Assembly (NCBI GenBank): GCA_965214825.1
Contig: OZ243981.1
Span: forward strand, 103,964-167,963
Direction: 5' to 3'
DNA: 64,000 nt
DNA from: an uncultured Pedosphaera sp.
GTDB taxonomy: Bacteria > Verrucomicrobiota > Verrucomicrobiia > Limisphaerales > AAA164-E04
Shown: positions 44,001-53,341 of the stretch, piece by piece
Position numbering within the stretch: the first letter of the stretch is position 1
Layout: each line of letters begins with the position of its first letter
Position numbers and translations under genes: made by a program
The notes under the pieces: generated by a model
What the model saw: the letters and a program-made list of their open reading frames with translations, nothing else
Database searches by the model: none
Told to the model about the DNA's origin: nothing

Positions 44001-46853
44001 CTCCAAGCTGGTCAAGCTGTCGGGCAGGGTCAAGGTGGTCAGTTGGTTGTTGTGGAGATGCAGCGTCTCCAAGCTGGTCAAGCTGTCGGGCAGGGTCAAG
44101 GTGGTCAGTTGGTTGTTGTGGAGATGCAGCGTCTCCAAGCTGGTCAAGGTATTGGGCAGGGTAAAGGTGGTCAGTGAATTGTTGTAGAGCTGCAGCTTCT
44201 GCAAGCTGGTCAAGTCATCGGGCACGGTGAAGACGGTCAGTTGGTTGTTGTGGAGATACAGAACCTGCAAGTTGGTCAAACCATCGGGCAGGGTGAAGGC
44301 GGTCAGTTGGTTGTTGTCGAGTTCCAGAACCTGCAAGTTGGTCAAAGTATTGGGCAGGGTGAATGTGGTTAGTGGGCTGTGGTCGAGATACAGCGACTTC
44401 AAGCTCGTCAAGGTATTGGGCAGGGTAAAGGTGGTCAGTTGGTTGTGGCCGAGACTCAGCCACTCCAAGCTGGTCAAGCTATCGGGCAGGGTAAAGGTGG
44501 TCAGGCGGTTGGCGGAGATCCACAGCCTCTTCAAGCTGGTCAAGTCATCGGGCAGGGTCAAGGTGGTCAGTTGGTTGTCGGAGAGATACAGAACCTGCAA
44601 GTTGGTCAAACCATCGGGCAGGGTAAAGGTGGTCAGGTGGTTGTAGCGGAGATACAGCTCCTTCAAGCTGGTCAAGCTATCGGGCAGGGTCAAGGTGGTT
44701 AGTTGGTTGCGTTGGAGTTCCAGCTTCTGCAAGTTGGTCAAACCATCGGGTAGGGTCAAGGTGGTCAGTTGATTGCGTTCGAGATTCAGATGCTGCAAGC
44801 TGGTCAAGCCATCGGGCAGGGCCAGATTGGTTAGCTGATTGCGTTCGAGATTCAGATTCGTCAAGCTGGTCAAGCCATCGGGCAAGGTTAGGGAAGCCAG
44901 GTCAAGGGAGCGGAGATCCAGAGATGTCTCGTTGGGATTGACTTGCCGGCTGTAGGCGCTGCCGTCAGTTTTGGTTCCGGTGATGGTGAGAGTTCCCTCA
45001 GTTGGCGGGGGCTCTGTTTCGATTGTCTCTCCGGTCGTTGGATCGTAGAAGGTCACTTCTGATTTCAGGAAGCCTTGAATAGGGAGAAATTCAATGTCCA
45101 TGCCCAAAGGCACACGCAAACTCTCCAAAGGATTGCCGTCGAGCCACAGCTCCTCCAAGCTGGTCAAGCCGACGGGCAAGGTCAAGGTGGTCAGTTGGTT
45201 GTTGGAGAGAAGCAGCTCCTTCAAGCTCGCCATGCCGTCCGGCAGGGTCAAGGCGGTCAGTTGGTTGTCGTGGATATCCAGCCACTCCAAGCTGGGCAAG
45301 CTGTCGGGCAGGGTCAAAGCGGTCAGTTGGTTGTTGTTGAGATCCAGCCACTCCAAGCTGGGCAAGCTGTCGGGCAGGGTCAAGGCGGTCAGTTGGTTGT
45401 CGTGGATATCCAGCCACTCCAAGTTGGGCAAGCTGTTGGGCAGGGTCAGGTTGGTCAGCTGATTGCTTTCGAGATTCAGATTCGTCAAGTTGGTCAAGCC
45501 ATCGGGCACGGTCAAGGTGGTTAGTTGGTTGTTGGAGAGACGCAGCTCCGGCAAGCTCGCCATGCCGTCGGGCAGGGTCAAAGCGGTCAGGCGGTTGCTC
45601 CAGAGCTCCAGCAACTGCAAGTTGGTCAAGGTATTGGGCAAGGTCAAGGTGGTCAGTTGGTTGCTGTGGAGACGCAGCTCCTTCAAGTTGGTCAAGGTAT
45701 TGGGCAAGGTCAAGGTGGTTAGTTGGTTGCGTTGGATATCCAGCCTCTGCAAGTTGGTCAAGTCATCGGGCAGGGTCAAGTTGGTCAAGCGGTTGCCGGA
45801 GAGACGCAGGTCCTTCAAGTTGGTCAAGCCATCGGGCAGGGTCAAAGCGGTCAGGCGGTTGCTCCAGAGATACAGCGTCTTCAAGCTCGCCATGCCGTCC
45901 GGCAGGGTCACGTTGGTCAGTTGGTTGTTGCGGAGACGCAGCTCCTTCAAGTTGGGCAAGGTATCGGGCAGGGTCAAGGCGGTCAGGCGGTTGAGGGAGA
46001 GATTCAGCCACTCCAAGCTGGGCAAGCTGTCGGGCAGGGTCAAGGCGGTTAGTTGGTTGCCGTCGAGACGCAGCAACTCCAATTTGGTCAAGCCATCGGG
46101 CAGGGTGTAGGTGGTCAGGTGGTTGCCTGTGAGATACAGCGTTCTCAAGTTGGTCAAGTCATCGGGCAGGGTAAAGGTGGTCAGTTGGTTGTACCAGAGA
46201 GAGAGCCAGCTCAAGTTGGTTAAGGTATTGGGCAATGTCAGATTGGTCAGGGAATTGTTGCTGAGGTTTAGCGTTCTCAAGCTGGTCAAGTCATCGGGCA
46301 CGGTGAAGGAGGTCAGTTGGTTGTCGGGGAGTTCCAGCTTCTCCAATTTGGTCAAGGTATCGGGCAAAGTCAAGGTGGTCAGGCGGTTGTCGTGGAGATA
46401 CAGCTCCTTCAAGTTGGTCAAGGTATCGGGCAGGGTGAAGACGGTCAGTTGGTTGTGTTGGAGATACAGCCTCTCCAAGTTGGTCAAAGTATTGGGCACG
46501 GTCAAGGCGGTCAGTTGGTTGTGTTGGAGTTCCAGCCTCGTTAAGCTGGTCAAGCCAGCAGGCAAGGTTAGGGAAGCCAGGTCAAGGGACTCGAGAGACA
46601 GAGATGTCGTGCTGGCATTGACTTGCCGGCTGAAGGCGCTGCCGTCGCTTTTAGTTCCGGTGATGGTGAGGGTTTGAGCGGCAGCTGGGAGGGTGATGGC
46701 CACGGCGAGGGCCAGCGCCAAGCCGATTCGATGTGGCGATGTTGGCCTGTTTTTGATGGGTTGCGGTTTGGCGGTTTTGTTGGCGGCGGTTGCCACCAGT
46801 TTCGAGTGGATGACGGATAATAGGTTCATATCTGCAGTGTCTTTCAGTTTCAT
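41007..46853 (-). CDS. Giant secreted leucine-rich-repeat protein, six capped LRR modules with Pro/Thr linkers
   Basis: 22-aa repeats LTxLTLPDxLTxLxxLxLxxNQ; signal-like LALALAVAITLPAAA; C-terminal LQSTTDL..W...FFRL domain. Start uncertain (ORF open from 47024). Confidence 0.92.
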   Translation of the reverse strand: MKLKDTADMNLLSVIHSKLVATAANKTAKPQPIKNRPTSPHRIGLALALAVAITLPAAAQTLTITGTKSDGSAFSRQVNASTTSLSLESLDLASLTLPAGLTSLTRLELQHNQLTALTVPNTLTNLERLYLQHNQLTVFTLPDTLTNLKELYLHDNRLTTLTLPDTLTKLEKLELPDNQLTSFTVPDDLTSLRTLNLSNNSLTNLTLPNTLTNLSWLSLWYNQLTTFTLPDDLTNLRTLYLTGNHLTTYTLPDGLTKLELLRLDGNQLTALTLPDSLPSLEWLNLSLNRLTALTLPDTLPNLKELRLRNNQLTNVTLPDGMASLKTLYLWSNRLTALTLPDGLTNLKDLRLSGNRLTNLTLPDDLTNLQRLDIQRNQLTTLTLPNTLTNLKELRLHSNQLTTLTLPNTLTNLQLLELWSNRLTALTLPDGMASLPELRLSNNQLTTLTVPDGLTNLTNLNLESNQLTNLTLPNSLPNLEWLDIHDNQLTALTLPDSLPSLEWLDLNNNQLTALTLPDSLPSLEWLDIHDNQLTALTLPDGMASLKELLLSNNQLTTLTLPVGLTSLEELWLDGNPLESLRVPLGMDIEFLPIQGFLKSEVTFYDPTTGETIETEPPPTEGTLTITGTKTDGSAYSRQVNPNETSLDLRSLDLASLTLPDGLTSLTNLNLERNQLTNLALPDGLTSLQHLNLERNQLTTLTLPDGLTNLQKLELQRNQLTTLTLPDSLTSLKELYLRYNHLTTFTLPDGLTNLQVLYLSDNQLTTLTLPDDLTSLKRLWISANRLTTFTLPDSLTSLEWLSLGHNQLTTFTLPNTLTSLKSLYLDHSPLTTFTLPNTLTNLQVLELDNNQLTAFTLPDGLTNLQVLYLHNNQLTVFTVPDDLTSLQKLQLYNNSLTTFTLPNTLTSLETLHLHNNQLTTLTLPDSLTSLETLHLHNNQLTTLTLPDSLTSLEWLYLHDNQLTTLTLPVGLTSLETLHLHNNQLTTLTLPVGLTSLEELNLSNNPLESLRVPLGMDIEFLPIQGFPKSEVTFYDPTTGETIESEPPPTEGTLTVTGTKSDGSAFSWQVNPKETSLDLRDNRLTTLTLPDGLTNLETLLLSGNQLTTLTLPDDLTSLMRLDLQRNRQLTTLTLPDDLTSLKELRLHSNQLTTLTLPNTSTSLQLLELWSNRLTALTLPDGMASLPELRLSNNQLTTLTLPVGMTSLENLWLDGNPLESLRVPDGMNLENLDLQGFSKSAVTFYDPAPEEPITPPPTEPTEPELPTLLITGTTSNGSAFSQEVAANETYLALHSFFDLASVTLPAGLTNLEVLYLDANQLTAFTLPDGLTNLNYLDLSNNQLTSLTLPGDLTSLRELDLSNNSLTNLALPAGLTSLRTLDLSNNSLTNLALPDGLTSLRTLNLSGNPLESVRVPDGMNLENLDLQGFSKSAVTFYDPTTGESPTTNTNIPPTTEEPPTTEEPPTTNTNIPPTTNTNIPPTTNTNIPPTTEEPPTTEEPPTTEEPPTTNTNLPPTTGTFITLTGTTSTGDAFRLEVDAGTESLSLSDTQLSSLTVPAGLENLQRLHLFDNQLSSITLPEGLTNLQHLYLFNNQLTNLTLPEGLANLQRLYLFGNPLESVRAPEGMDIESLELRGYSKSAVTFYDPANGETIAPPPTTEEPPPTKEPPPTEEPPTTEEPPTTEKPHTTEEPPITEGALLITGTTSDGSAFNRVVNANAKSVDLRNNDLTHLTLPDGLTNLVWLFLNHNRLPSLTLPEGLAKSRGLYFNDNQLTSLTLPHGLTNLWVLYLNDNQLTSLTLPEDLTSLRTLDLSNNSLTNLALPAGLTSLRSLVLNGNPLESLCVPEGMDIESLNLQGFPKSEVTFCEPTIGTLTLPDSSSTNFRRLSLDNNNPLEIVRIAGGGVQIHWREGTLQSTTDLSGEWESVAPSRFSREGVLSIPRERKGAEFFRLKPAE

Positions 46854-47109
46854 TATGGTGGTGTTTTGCTTAGCACAATTTTCTCCATTACCAAGCATTT
46901 TGCCCGCAACAAACGTTGTAGGCTTTATGGGTTTTTCGGAGTGGTGGCGGAACTCGCCTTGCGCATCAACTTGCCCTGATGGACGAGTTGCCGGATTGCC
47001 CGTCTTCCATCCAAGATGCTTCAACGATTCTTTAATGTAAGGATAGAGGCGATATTCACTATCCCGCGCCCGGCTCTTCCGTTTAGGCGATTTGGGGGCA
47101 GGAGTACTG

Positions 47110-47140
47110 GCTGGTGGGCTGGTGGGCTGGTGGGCTGGTA
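47110..47140 (+). repeat. Tandem octamer (GCTGGTGG)x3 plus a partial copy
   Basis: Perfect copies at 47110, 47118 and 47126. Confidence 0.8.
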
Positions 47141-47199
47141 TTTTTTCATGTTGACAGGTTGTTTGGCCTTTTCAAAGTTTTTTTGATTTTCGGTTCAGC

Positions 47200-47256
47200 G
47201 TGGGGCACAGGCGGCGCAGGCTTGCCGCCTGCAGGCAGAACGGATGTCTGCCCCAC
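47200..47256. repeat. REP-like palindrome
   Basis: GTGGGGCA...TGCCCCAC ends with internal GCAGGC-TTGCC-GCCTGC; related sequences near 35172 and 40902. Confidence 0.6.
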
Positions 47257-47316
47257 ATTTCTCTCCCGACAAGGGAGATTTAGCACAGGATTGGATTTTT
47301 TGTCAAGGGGAGATGG

Positions 47317-47467
47317 CGAAATAAGTATTTACAGGCTTTGGGGGTTTTGGAGGGAGGGTTGATGGCGATTCAGCTGGGGCTGCCGAAAGCCAGGGGATGC
47401 GGCGGGCAGCGGTCAACGGGTCGAGTGCCTGCGCATCACCCTGTTAAGCCCGTAAATGCTTATCGCG
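47317..47467. mobile_element. MITE-like element, copy 4
   Basis: TIRs CGAAATAAGTATTTACAGGCTT / AAGCCCGTAAATGCTTATCGCG; right half nearly identical to copy 1. Confidence 0.75.
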
Positions 47468-47562
47468 CCAAAGTTTGCCGGGCGCACACGCTGCCGAGAG
47501 TGGAACGGCAATCAATCGAGTTGACGCCGACCGTGCCGGCGGGTTTAACATTCGGGGCGTTC

Positions 47563-49566
47563 ATGGGGTTGGCAACGCGCAACAAACCGGGGAGGCTGTG
47601 GCTCCGGCGTGGCATGATTTTTCTGGGAACATGCCTTGCCAGTCTGGCGCCTCTTCTCGCCCTGGCGCTCGCTGAGGTCTCCGCGTCTCAGGAGAACCCC
47701 AGCGCCGCCCCAGCGGTTTCTTTGGAGGCTCTCCTTCAAGCAGCAGAAAAGGACGACCCGGTAGCGCAATTCAGCCTCGGACTGGCTTGCTACGCCGGTG
47801 AGGGTGTCCAGCAAGACTACCGGGAAGCCGCGCATTGGTTTCGGAAATCCGCCGAACAAGGCCATGTCCCCGCTCAATACAACCTCGGCACCCTCTATGT
47901 CCAAGGGCTGGGTGTGGAGCCGGATTACGAACAGGCGGCGCATTGGTTCCGGAAAGCGGCCGATGCCGGAGACGCCGCCTCGCAATATAACATGGGCGTT
48001 TTCTGCGAGAACGGATTGGGTATGCCTATCAACCTCGAAGAATCCCACCGCTACTACATAAAGGCGGCGAACCGAGGAGACGCCAGAGCCCAATTCCGTC
48101 TCGGCATGGTCGCCCTGGCCGGCAACGGCGAGCCCCAAGACTTGTCCAAAGCCTTCGCCTGGTTCAGCAAAGCAGCAGAACAAAACCACAAAGAAGCGGC
48201 GCAACAGCGGGCCGATCTGGAGCACTCAATGCCACCCGAACAACTATTCGAGGTCAGGCGTCGCAACGCCGAACGCGGGAACGCAAAAGACCAATTCGCC
48301 ATCGCCACCGCTTACGCCCAAGGCAAGGGCATCGATCAAGATCTCGCCGCCGCCCGCCTTTGGTTCCAAGCCGCCGCCGAGCAGGACAACACCGCAGCAC
48401 AATTTAACCTCGCCCTCCTTCTGGAAGCCGGCAAAGGCGGAGACGAAGACCCAAAGAACGCCGCCCGCTGGTATCAAAAAGCAGCCGATGCCGGCGATGC
48501 CGGCGCCCAATACCGCCTCGGCCGCCTTTACGCCGCCGGCAAAGGAATCGCCAAGAACGACAGCAAAGCCTTCGATTGGTTTCGCCGGGCGGCAGAACAG
48601 GGCGATCCCCGGGCGCAATCCGAACTCGCCACCCGCTTTCTCAACGGGATCGCCGTCCCTCAAGACTTCGCCCAAGCCGTTCACTGGTTCCAAAAAGCCG
48701 CCCATTCGGGAGACGTTGTCTCCCTCTACAACCTTGGGGTCATCTTCCAAGCCAGTACCTCGCCCGCAGACCTCACCAAAGCCTTGAAGTGGTACAAAAA
48801 AGCCGCCGAACTGGACTTCATCCCCGCAATCCTCCGCTTGGGGCATCTTTACTCCCAAGGAGAAATTGTCCGGCAAGATTACGCCACCTCCCTACAATGG
48901 TTCCTCGAAGCGGCCGAACAGGGCAACACCGAAGCCCAATTCAACGCCGGGTTTCTCCTGCAAGGGCAGTTCGGTATCCCAGCCGACCTCCAACAATCCG
49001 TCCACTGGTTAGAACTCGCCGCCTCAAAAGGCCGCCGGCAAGCCGTCATGCTCCTCGCTGCCACCCTAGCCTCCGACGACCCCCAAGTCCAAAACTACAC
49101 CAAAGCGCGGGCCTGGTTCCAAACCGCCGCGGAACAAAATAACCCCATCGCCTGCTACAACCTCGGCGTCCTCTACGAAAACGGCAAAGGCAGTGAAGCT
49201 GACCCTGAAACAGCAGCAAAATGGTACAAAAAAGCGGCGATCCAAGGCCACATTCCCGCTCAGCTCTCCCTAGCCCGCATCCTGGACTCCCCGGACATCA
49301 ACCCCAAACCCAAAGAAGCGTTCCAATGGTACCAGCAAGCCGCCCAAAAAGGAGAACCCGAAGCGCTCGCCGCCTTTGGAACCTATTACGTCCACGGACG
49401 CTTCGTCACACAAGACTTCGCCCGCGCCCGATCGCTCTTCCAAGCCGCCGCCCAAAAAGGAAACGAAAAAGGCGCCCTCTTCCTCAAAACCCTCAACGAA
49501 ACCCTTGCCGCCGACCCCAAATACCAAACACGACGCGAAAACAGCGTAGTCCCGCCGGCAAATTAA
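47563..49566 (+). CDS. Sel1-like repeat protein
   Basis: About 15 repeats of AQxxLGxxYxxGxGxxxDxxxAxxWxxKAAxQG; signal-like N-terminus. Start uncertain. Confidence 0.93.
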   Translation: MGLATRNKPGRLWLRRGMIFLGTCLASLAPLLALALAEVSASQENPSAAPAVSLEALLQAAEKDDPVAQFSLGLACYAGEGVQQDYREAAHWFRKSAEQGHVPAQYNLGTLYVQGLGVEPDYEQAAHWFRKAADAGDAASQYNMGVFCENGLGMPINLEESHRYYIKAANRGDARAQFRLGMVALAGNGEPQDLSKAFAWFSKAAEQNHKEAAQQRADLEHSMPPEQLFEVRRRNAERGNAKDQFAIATAYAQGKGIDQDLAAARLWFQAAAEQDNTAAQFNLALLLEAGKGGDEDPKNAARWYQKAADAGDAGAQYRLGRLYAAGKGIAKNDSKAFDWFRRAAEQGDPRAQSELATRFLNGIAVPQDFAQAVHWFQKAAHSGDVVSLYNLGVIFQASTSPADLTKALKWYKKAAELDFIPAILRLGHLYSQGEIVRQDYATSLQWFLEAAEQGNTEAQFNAGFLLQGQFGIPADLQQSVHWLELAASKGRRQAVMLLAATLASDDPQVQNYTKARAWFQTAAEQNNPIACYNLGVLYENGKGSEADPETAAKWYKKAAIQGHIPAQLSLARILDSPDINPKPKEAFQWYQQAAQKGEPEALAAFGTYYVHGRFVTQDFARARSLFQAAAQKGNEKGALFLKTLNETLAADPKYQTRRENSVVPPAN

Positions 49567-49954
49567 CAATACAAACCCAATTCAGAAACCGCGCCGGAAC
49601 ACATTCAAAGAAACAAGCGGAATAAACCATGATTAGCAATCCGCCAGCACCTATTGGGCATAATTATTCGCGGCATCTTTTGATGGCATCAGCAACAGTT
49701 TTGTTGGCAAGGAGACGATTTCCAGACACGGCTGTTTTTCGAGATAGGCCAAAAGCCGGCTTTCCGTTCGGCACGATCTTCGAGTCTCTCTCTCTCATAA
49801 CCCAACGCCCAAATACACTCTCGCGCCTCCTCTGCTCCATTTAGGCCTTTGGTCTTAAATTCAAATTCGTGAAAGCGTTTATCTGAAAGCCATTGACTGA
49901 TCCAGTGGATAACTCCTCCACACGCTCCGTTTTCACGGCAGACTGGTTCCAATG

Positions 49955-50326
49955 TCAGCATATTTTATCCGCAGGTGCTCCAATAGGATGAAAGTCACTA
50001 TCATCATGTAAACGAATTCGTAGCCCTGTGACTTTACTATTTTGAATCTCCAGCCAAAGATTCCAGTTCATAGTGGCCCATTCCAATGGAGTTTGAACAA
50101 GTATTCCATTGGAAGCAATATCCCGAAGTTTAAGATAGTGAAATTGATTCGTATTAAACAGCGATTTTACATCGCTCTTGAAATCTCCCGGTTGGATTTG
50201 AGCATAGACTGCTTTTAATTCTTCACGCGCGGCACTTCTTCTGTGATTGAGAGAAACAAAGACAATCACTAGAATCACCAAAACTACAGCAAGACTTGGA
50301 AATACAAAATTCCGCTGAATGCTCAA
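49955..50326 (-). CDS. Hypothetical protein with N-terminal membrane anchor (AT-rich)
   Basis: 123-aa ORF, hydrophobic N-terminus, composition unlike flanks. Confidence 0.55.
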   Translation of the reverse strand: MSIQRNFVFPSLAVVLVILVIVFVSLNHRRSAAREELKAVYAQIQPGDFKSDVKSLFNTNQFHYLKLRDIASNGILVQTPLEWATMNWNLWLEIQNSKVTGLRIRLHDDSDFHPIGAPADKIC

Positions 50327-50339
50327 ACAACCTGTTCTA

Positions 50340-50677
50340 GTTATATGGAATTGTCGTAACGAGCGGGATTGCGATAAGACTGTGGCAAATACTTGCGCTC
50401 CGTTTGCCTGACTATATCCCGCCCATTGGACTCATACTGTCAGGCACTGCCTTACTTTGAGGTTCTCCGCTCCCAGCAATTCTTCCGCACAAAGCAGATT
50501 CATCAAGGCAATATCTACCTTGGCCAGCTCTACTTCTGGCAGGGCAATCAACTCGGTGTAAGAAGAAGGCTTGCTTTGGCGTGTCGCCTCGGGCGATCTT
50601 TTTATCAACAAGAATGCGCTGACGCCAATGGCAAACACCGCGACAACCAGCACAGCAAATTTTTTGAGCGCGGGCAA
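50340..50677 (-). pseudogene. Truncated, probably frameshifted fragment of an exported hypothetical protein
   Basis: ORF 50432..50677 (TM helix, then VDIALMNLLCAE) stops early; a plausible continuation (VRQTERKYLPQSYRNPARYDNS) follows in another frame. Confidence 0.45.
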
Positions 50678-50803
50678 TTTCGTATAACAAGGGCGGAATG
50701 ATATACAAAGGCTGGCAGGATGATCCAGTTTTAAGTTTCAGACGGCGACCGGAGCGCCTTGCCAGGGTTTTGACTTGGCAGGGCTTTTGTTTTTGTGGGG
50801 TTT

Positions 50804-52606
50804 TCAGCCGTCTTTTTTCGGGGCAGCTTTGAGTTCGAGGTGAAGCTCGCGGAGTTGTTTCGGCTCTACCGGTGCCGGGGATTCTGCGAGCAAGTCGGCG
50901 CCTTTGGTTGTCTTGGGGAAAGCGATCACATCGCGGATGCTGGAGGCGTCGCAAAGTAACGCAATCAGGCGGTCGAAGCCTAGGGCGATTCCGCCGTGGG
51001 GTGGTGTTCCGTAGCGAAAGGCTTCCAGCAGGTAGCCGAACCGTCGCCGGATTACCTCTTTTGGCAGGCCGATGACTTTTTCAAAAATCGTTCTCTGAAC
51101 ATCCGGTTGGTGGATGCGGATGGAGCCGCCGCCCAGTTCCACTCCGTTGACGACGAGATCGTAATGCTGGCCGCGAACGCGCCGGGGGTCTTCAATGAGA
51201 AAAGGGATATCTTCGGGAATGGGAGCGGTGAAGGGGTGATGGCTTGAAGCCCAGCAGTTCATCTCTTTGTCGAACCGCAGCAGCGGGAAGTCCGTCACCC
51301 ACAAAAAGTCGAAGCGGCCCGCATTCGTTGCCAAGAGGCCGCGTTCTTGAAGAATCTTTGCACAATACAGGCGAATGCGTCCGAGGATTTCGCAGGCGTT
51401 GAGCCACTCGTCCGCGGCAAACAAAATGAGATCGCCTTCTTCAACGGCCAGTTTTTCCTGCAGCGCCGCCTTTTCTCTTTCGCTGAAAAATTTGACGATG
51501 GGTGATTTCCATTCGCCGTTTTCGGCCTTGATGTATGCCAGCCCTTTGGCGCCGAAACTTTTGGCCAAGGCTGTCATGGTTTCCATCTGGCCCTGAGTCG
51601 CATCGGCGAAACCTTTGGCGTTCACAGCTTTGACCGCGCCGCCGGCCGCCACATTGCGGAAGACTTTGAAGGCGCTTTCCTTGAAATCATCGGTGCAATT
51701 GACCAACTCCATTCCGAACCGGGTGTCCGGCTTGTCCGTCCCAAACCGCTCGAGGGCTTCTTTGAACGTTAGCCGGCGGAAGGGCGTTTGGATGTCGCAC
51801 TCCAATGCCGCCCGCCAGACCCGCTGCATCAAGCCCTCCACCAGACGGTAAATGTCTTCCCGGTCGATGAACGACATTTCGATGTCAATCTGGGTGAACT
51901 CCGGTTGGCGGTCGGCCCGCAAGTCCTCGTCGCGAAAACACCGGGCCAACTGAAAGTATTTTTCCACGCCGCCCGCCATGAGAATCTGCTTGAACTGCTG
52001 CGGCGATTGTGGAAGCGCGTAAAACTCGCCTGGATGAATTCGGCTCGGCACCAAGAACTCACGCGCGCCTTCAGGTGTGGATTTGAACAAAATCGGCGTG
52101 TCGATTTCGGAAAAGCCTTGCTCGTCCAAAAAGAGCCGCACCGTCGCCGATGCCTTGCTGCGAAGGCGCAAATTGCGCGCGATTTCAGGCCGGCGCAAAT
52201 CCAAATACCGATGCTTGAGGCGCAGTTCCTCATGCACCTTGGCCGCTGCTGCTGGGTCGTCTATCAGAAAAGGCAAGACTGCCGCCGGATTGAGCACCGC
52301 CATTGCCGAGATCAGAAGTTCCACTTCGCCGGTGAGAATCTTTTCATTGTGCGTCCCCTCCGGCCGTTTTCGCACCTTTCCCGAAACGGCGACGACGCTT
52401 TCGTGATGCAATTTGGCCGCTTGCTCGAACAGCTCCCGCGGCACGCTGGCTGGATCGAAAACCGTCTGCGTGCGCCCTTCCCGATCCCGAACATCAATGA
52501 ACAACACGCCGCCCAAATCCCGCCGGGAATGAACCCAGCCGTTCAAAGTGACGGTTTGGCCGATGTGTTCCGTCCGAATCTCGTTGCAATGATGCGTGCG
52601 TTTCAT
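50804..52606 (-). CDS. aspS: Aspartate-tRNA ligase (probably non-discriminating)
   Basis: MKRTHHC, RRDLGGVLFID, STPEGAR, LPQSPQ, FRDEDLRADRQPEF and PPHGGIALG motifs. Confidence 0.97.
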   Translation of the reverse strand: MKRTHHCNEIRTEHIGQTVTLNGWVHSRRDLGGVLFIDVRDREGRTQTVFDPASVPRELFEQAAKLHHESVVAVSGKVRKRPEGTHNEKILTGEVELLISAMAVLNPAAVLPFLIDDPAAAAKVHEELRLKHRYLDLRRPEIARNLRLRSKASATVRLFLDEQGFSEIDTPILFKSTPEGAREFLVPSRIHPGEFYALPQSPQQFKQILMAGGVEKYFQLARCFRDEDLRADRQPEFTQIDIEMSFIDREDIYRLVEGLMQRVWRAALECDIQTPFRRLTFKEALERFGTDKPDTRFGMELVNCTDDFKESAFKVFRNVAAGGAVKAVNAKGFADATQGQMETMTALAKSFGAKGLAYIKAENGEWKSPIVKFFSEREKAALQEKLAVEEGDLILFAADEWLNACEILGRIRLYCAKILQERGLLATNAGRFDFLWVTDFPLLRFDKEMNCWASSHHPFTAPIPEDIPFLIEDPRRVRGQHYDLVVNGVELGGGSIRIHQPDVQRTIFEKVIGLPKEVIRRRFGYLLEAFRYGTPPHGGIALGFDRLIALLCDASSIRDVIAFPKTTKGADLLAESPAPVEPKQLRELHLELKAAPKKDG

Positions 52607-52874
52607 GGGTTTGCCCTCCCCGCCGCTCTTTAGCCGCGCGGAAAAAGGAAGGCGCATCCTTCTTGAAATCCGCCGGAAATTCAAAGAAAAAGTGAGCAAT
52701 AAGCAGAAAAGGCGGCATCGGCCCGCGGCCTCAAAACGAAGGCCCAACTTTTCGGCGGCGGAGCAGCCGGAAGTTTTACAGGTTTATACGGCGGCTAATT
52801 ATCGCTAGATGCTATCTACATTGCAGAAATCGCAGTTGCCAAACGCTGCGGCGCCTCTCTAATTTCTCCCAGAT

Positions 52875-53222
52875 ATGCCGAATGACGACGATTCTCCATT
52901 CATAGTGTTAGTAACAGCTCCAAATGCCGGCACTTCTAAACAACTCGCCCGCCGCGCGTTGTCCAAACATTTGGCGGCCTGCGCGAACATCTTGCCCGCT
53001 GTCGAATCCCATTACTGGTGGCAGGGCAAATTGGAGTCGGCCGGCGAATGTCTCATCCTTTTCAAAACTGTGAGGAGGCATCTGGAACTGCTGCAATCAC
53101 TGGTTGAAAAAGAGCATCCCTACGAAGTGCCGGAGTTCATCTGTCTTAGCATCCACTCCGGGAGCGCGGCTTATCTGGCGTGGATTCGGGAAGAATGCAA
53201 CCGGCAGCAAGGGCCGGGCTGA
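52875..53222 (+). CDS. cutA: Divalent-cation tolerance protein CutA
   Basis: LAACANI, SHYWWQG and HPYEVPE motifs. Confidence 0.93.
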   Translation: MPNDDDSPFIVLVTAPNAGTSKQLARRALSKHLAACANILPAVESHYWWQGKLESAGECLILFKTVRRHLELLQSLVEKEHPYEVPEFICLSIHSGSAAYLAWIREECNRQQGPG

Positions 53223-53341
53223 GAACGGGCGGCGGCGTTTTATATCGAGGGAAAAGTGCCGGCGCTCGCTGCCGAAGGCGTTGATTGTTTTGGCATTTCT
53301 TGTTTGTGTGTTTTGATTTGAGGGGGCAAGCTTCTCCTTTT

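Noticed and set aside
41007-46853. Diversity-generating retroelement acting on the LRR gene
   Set aside because: No reverse transcriptase in the window, and no template/variable repeat pair differing only at adenines was seen.
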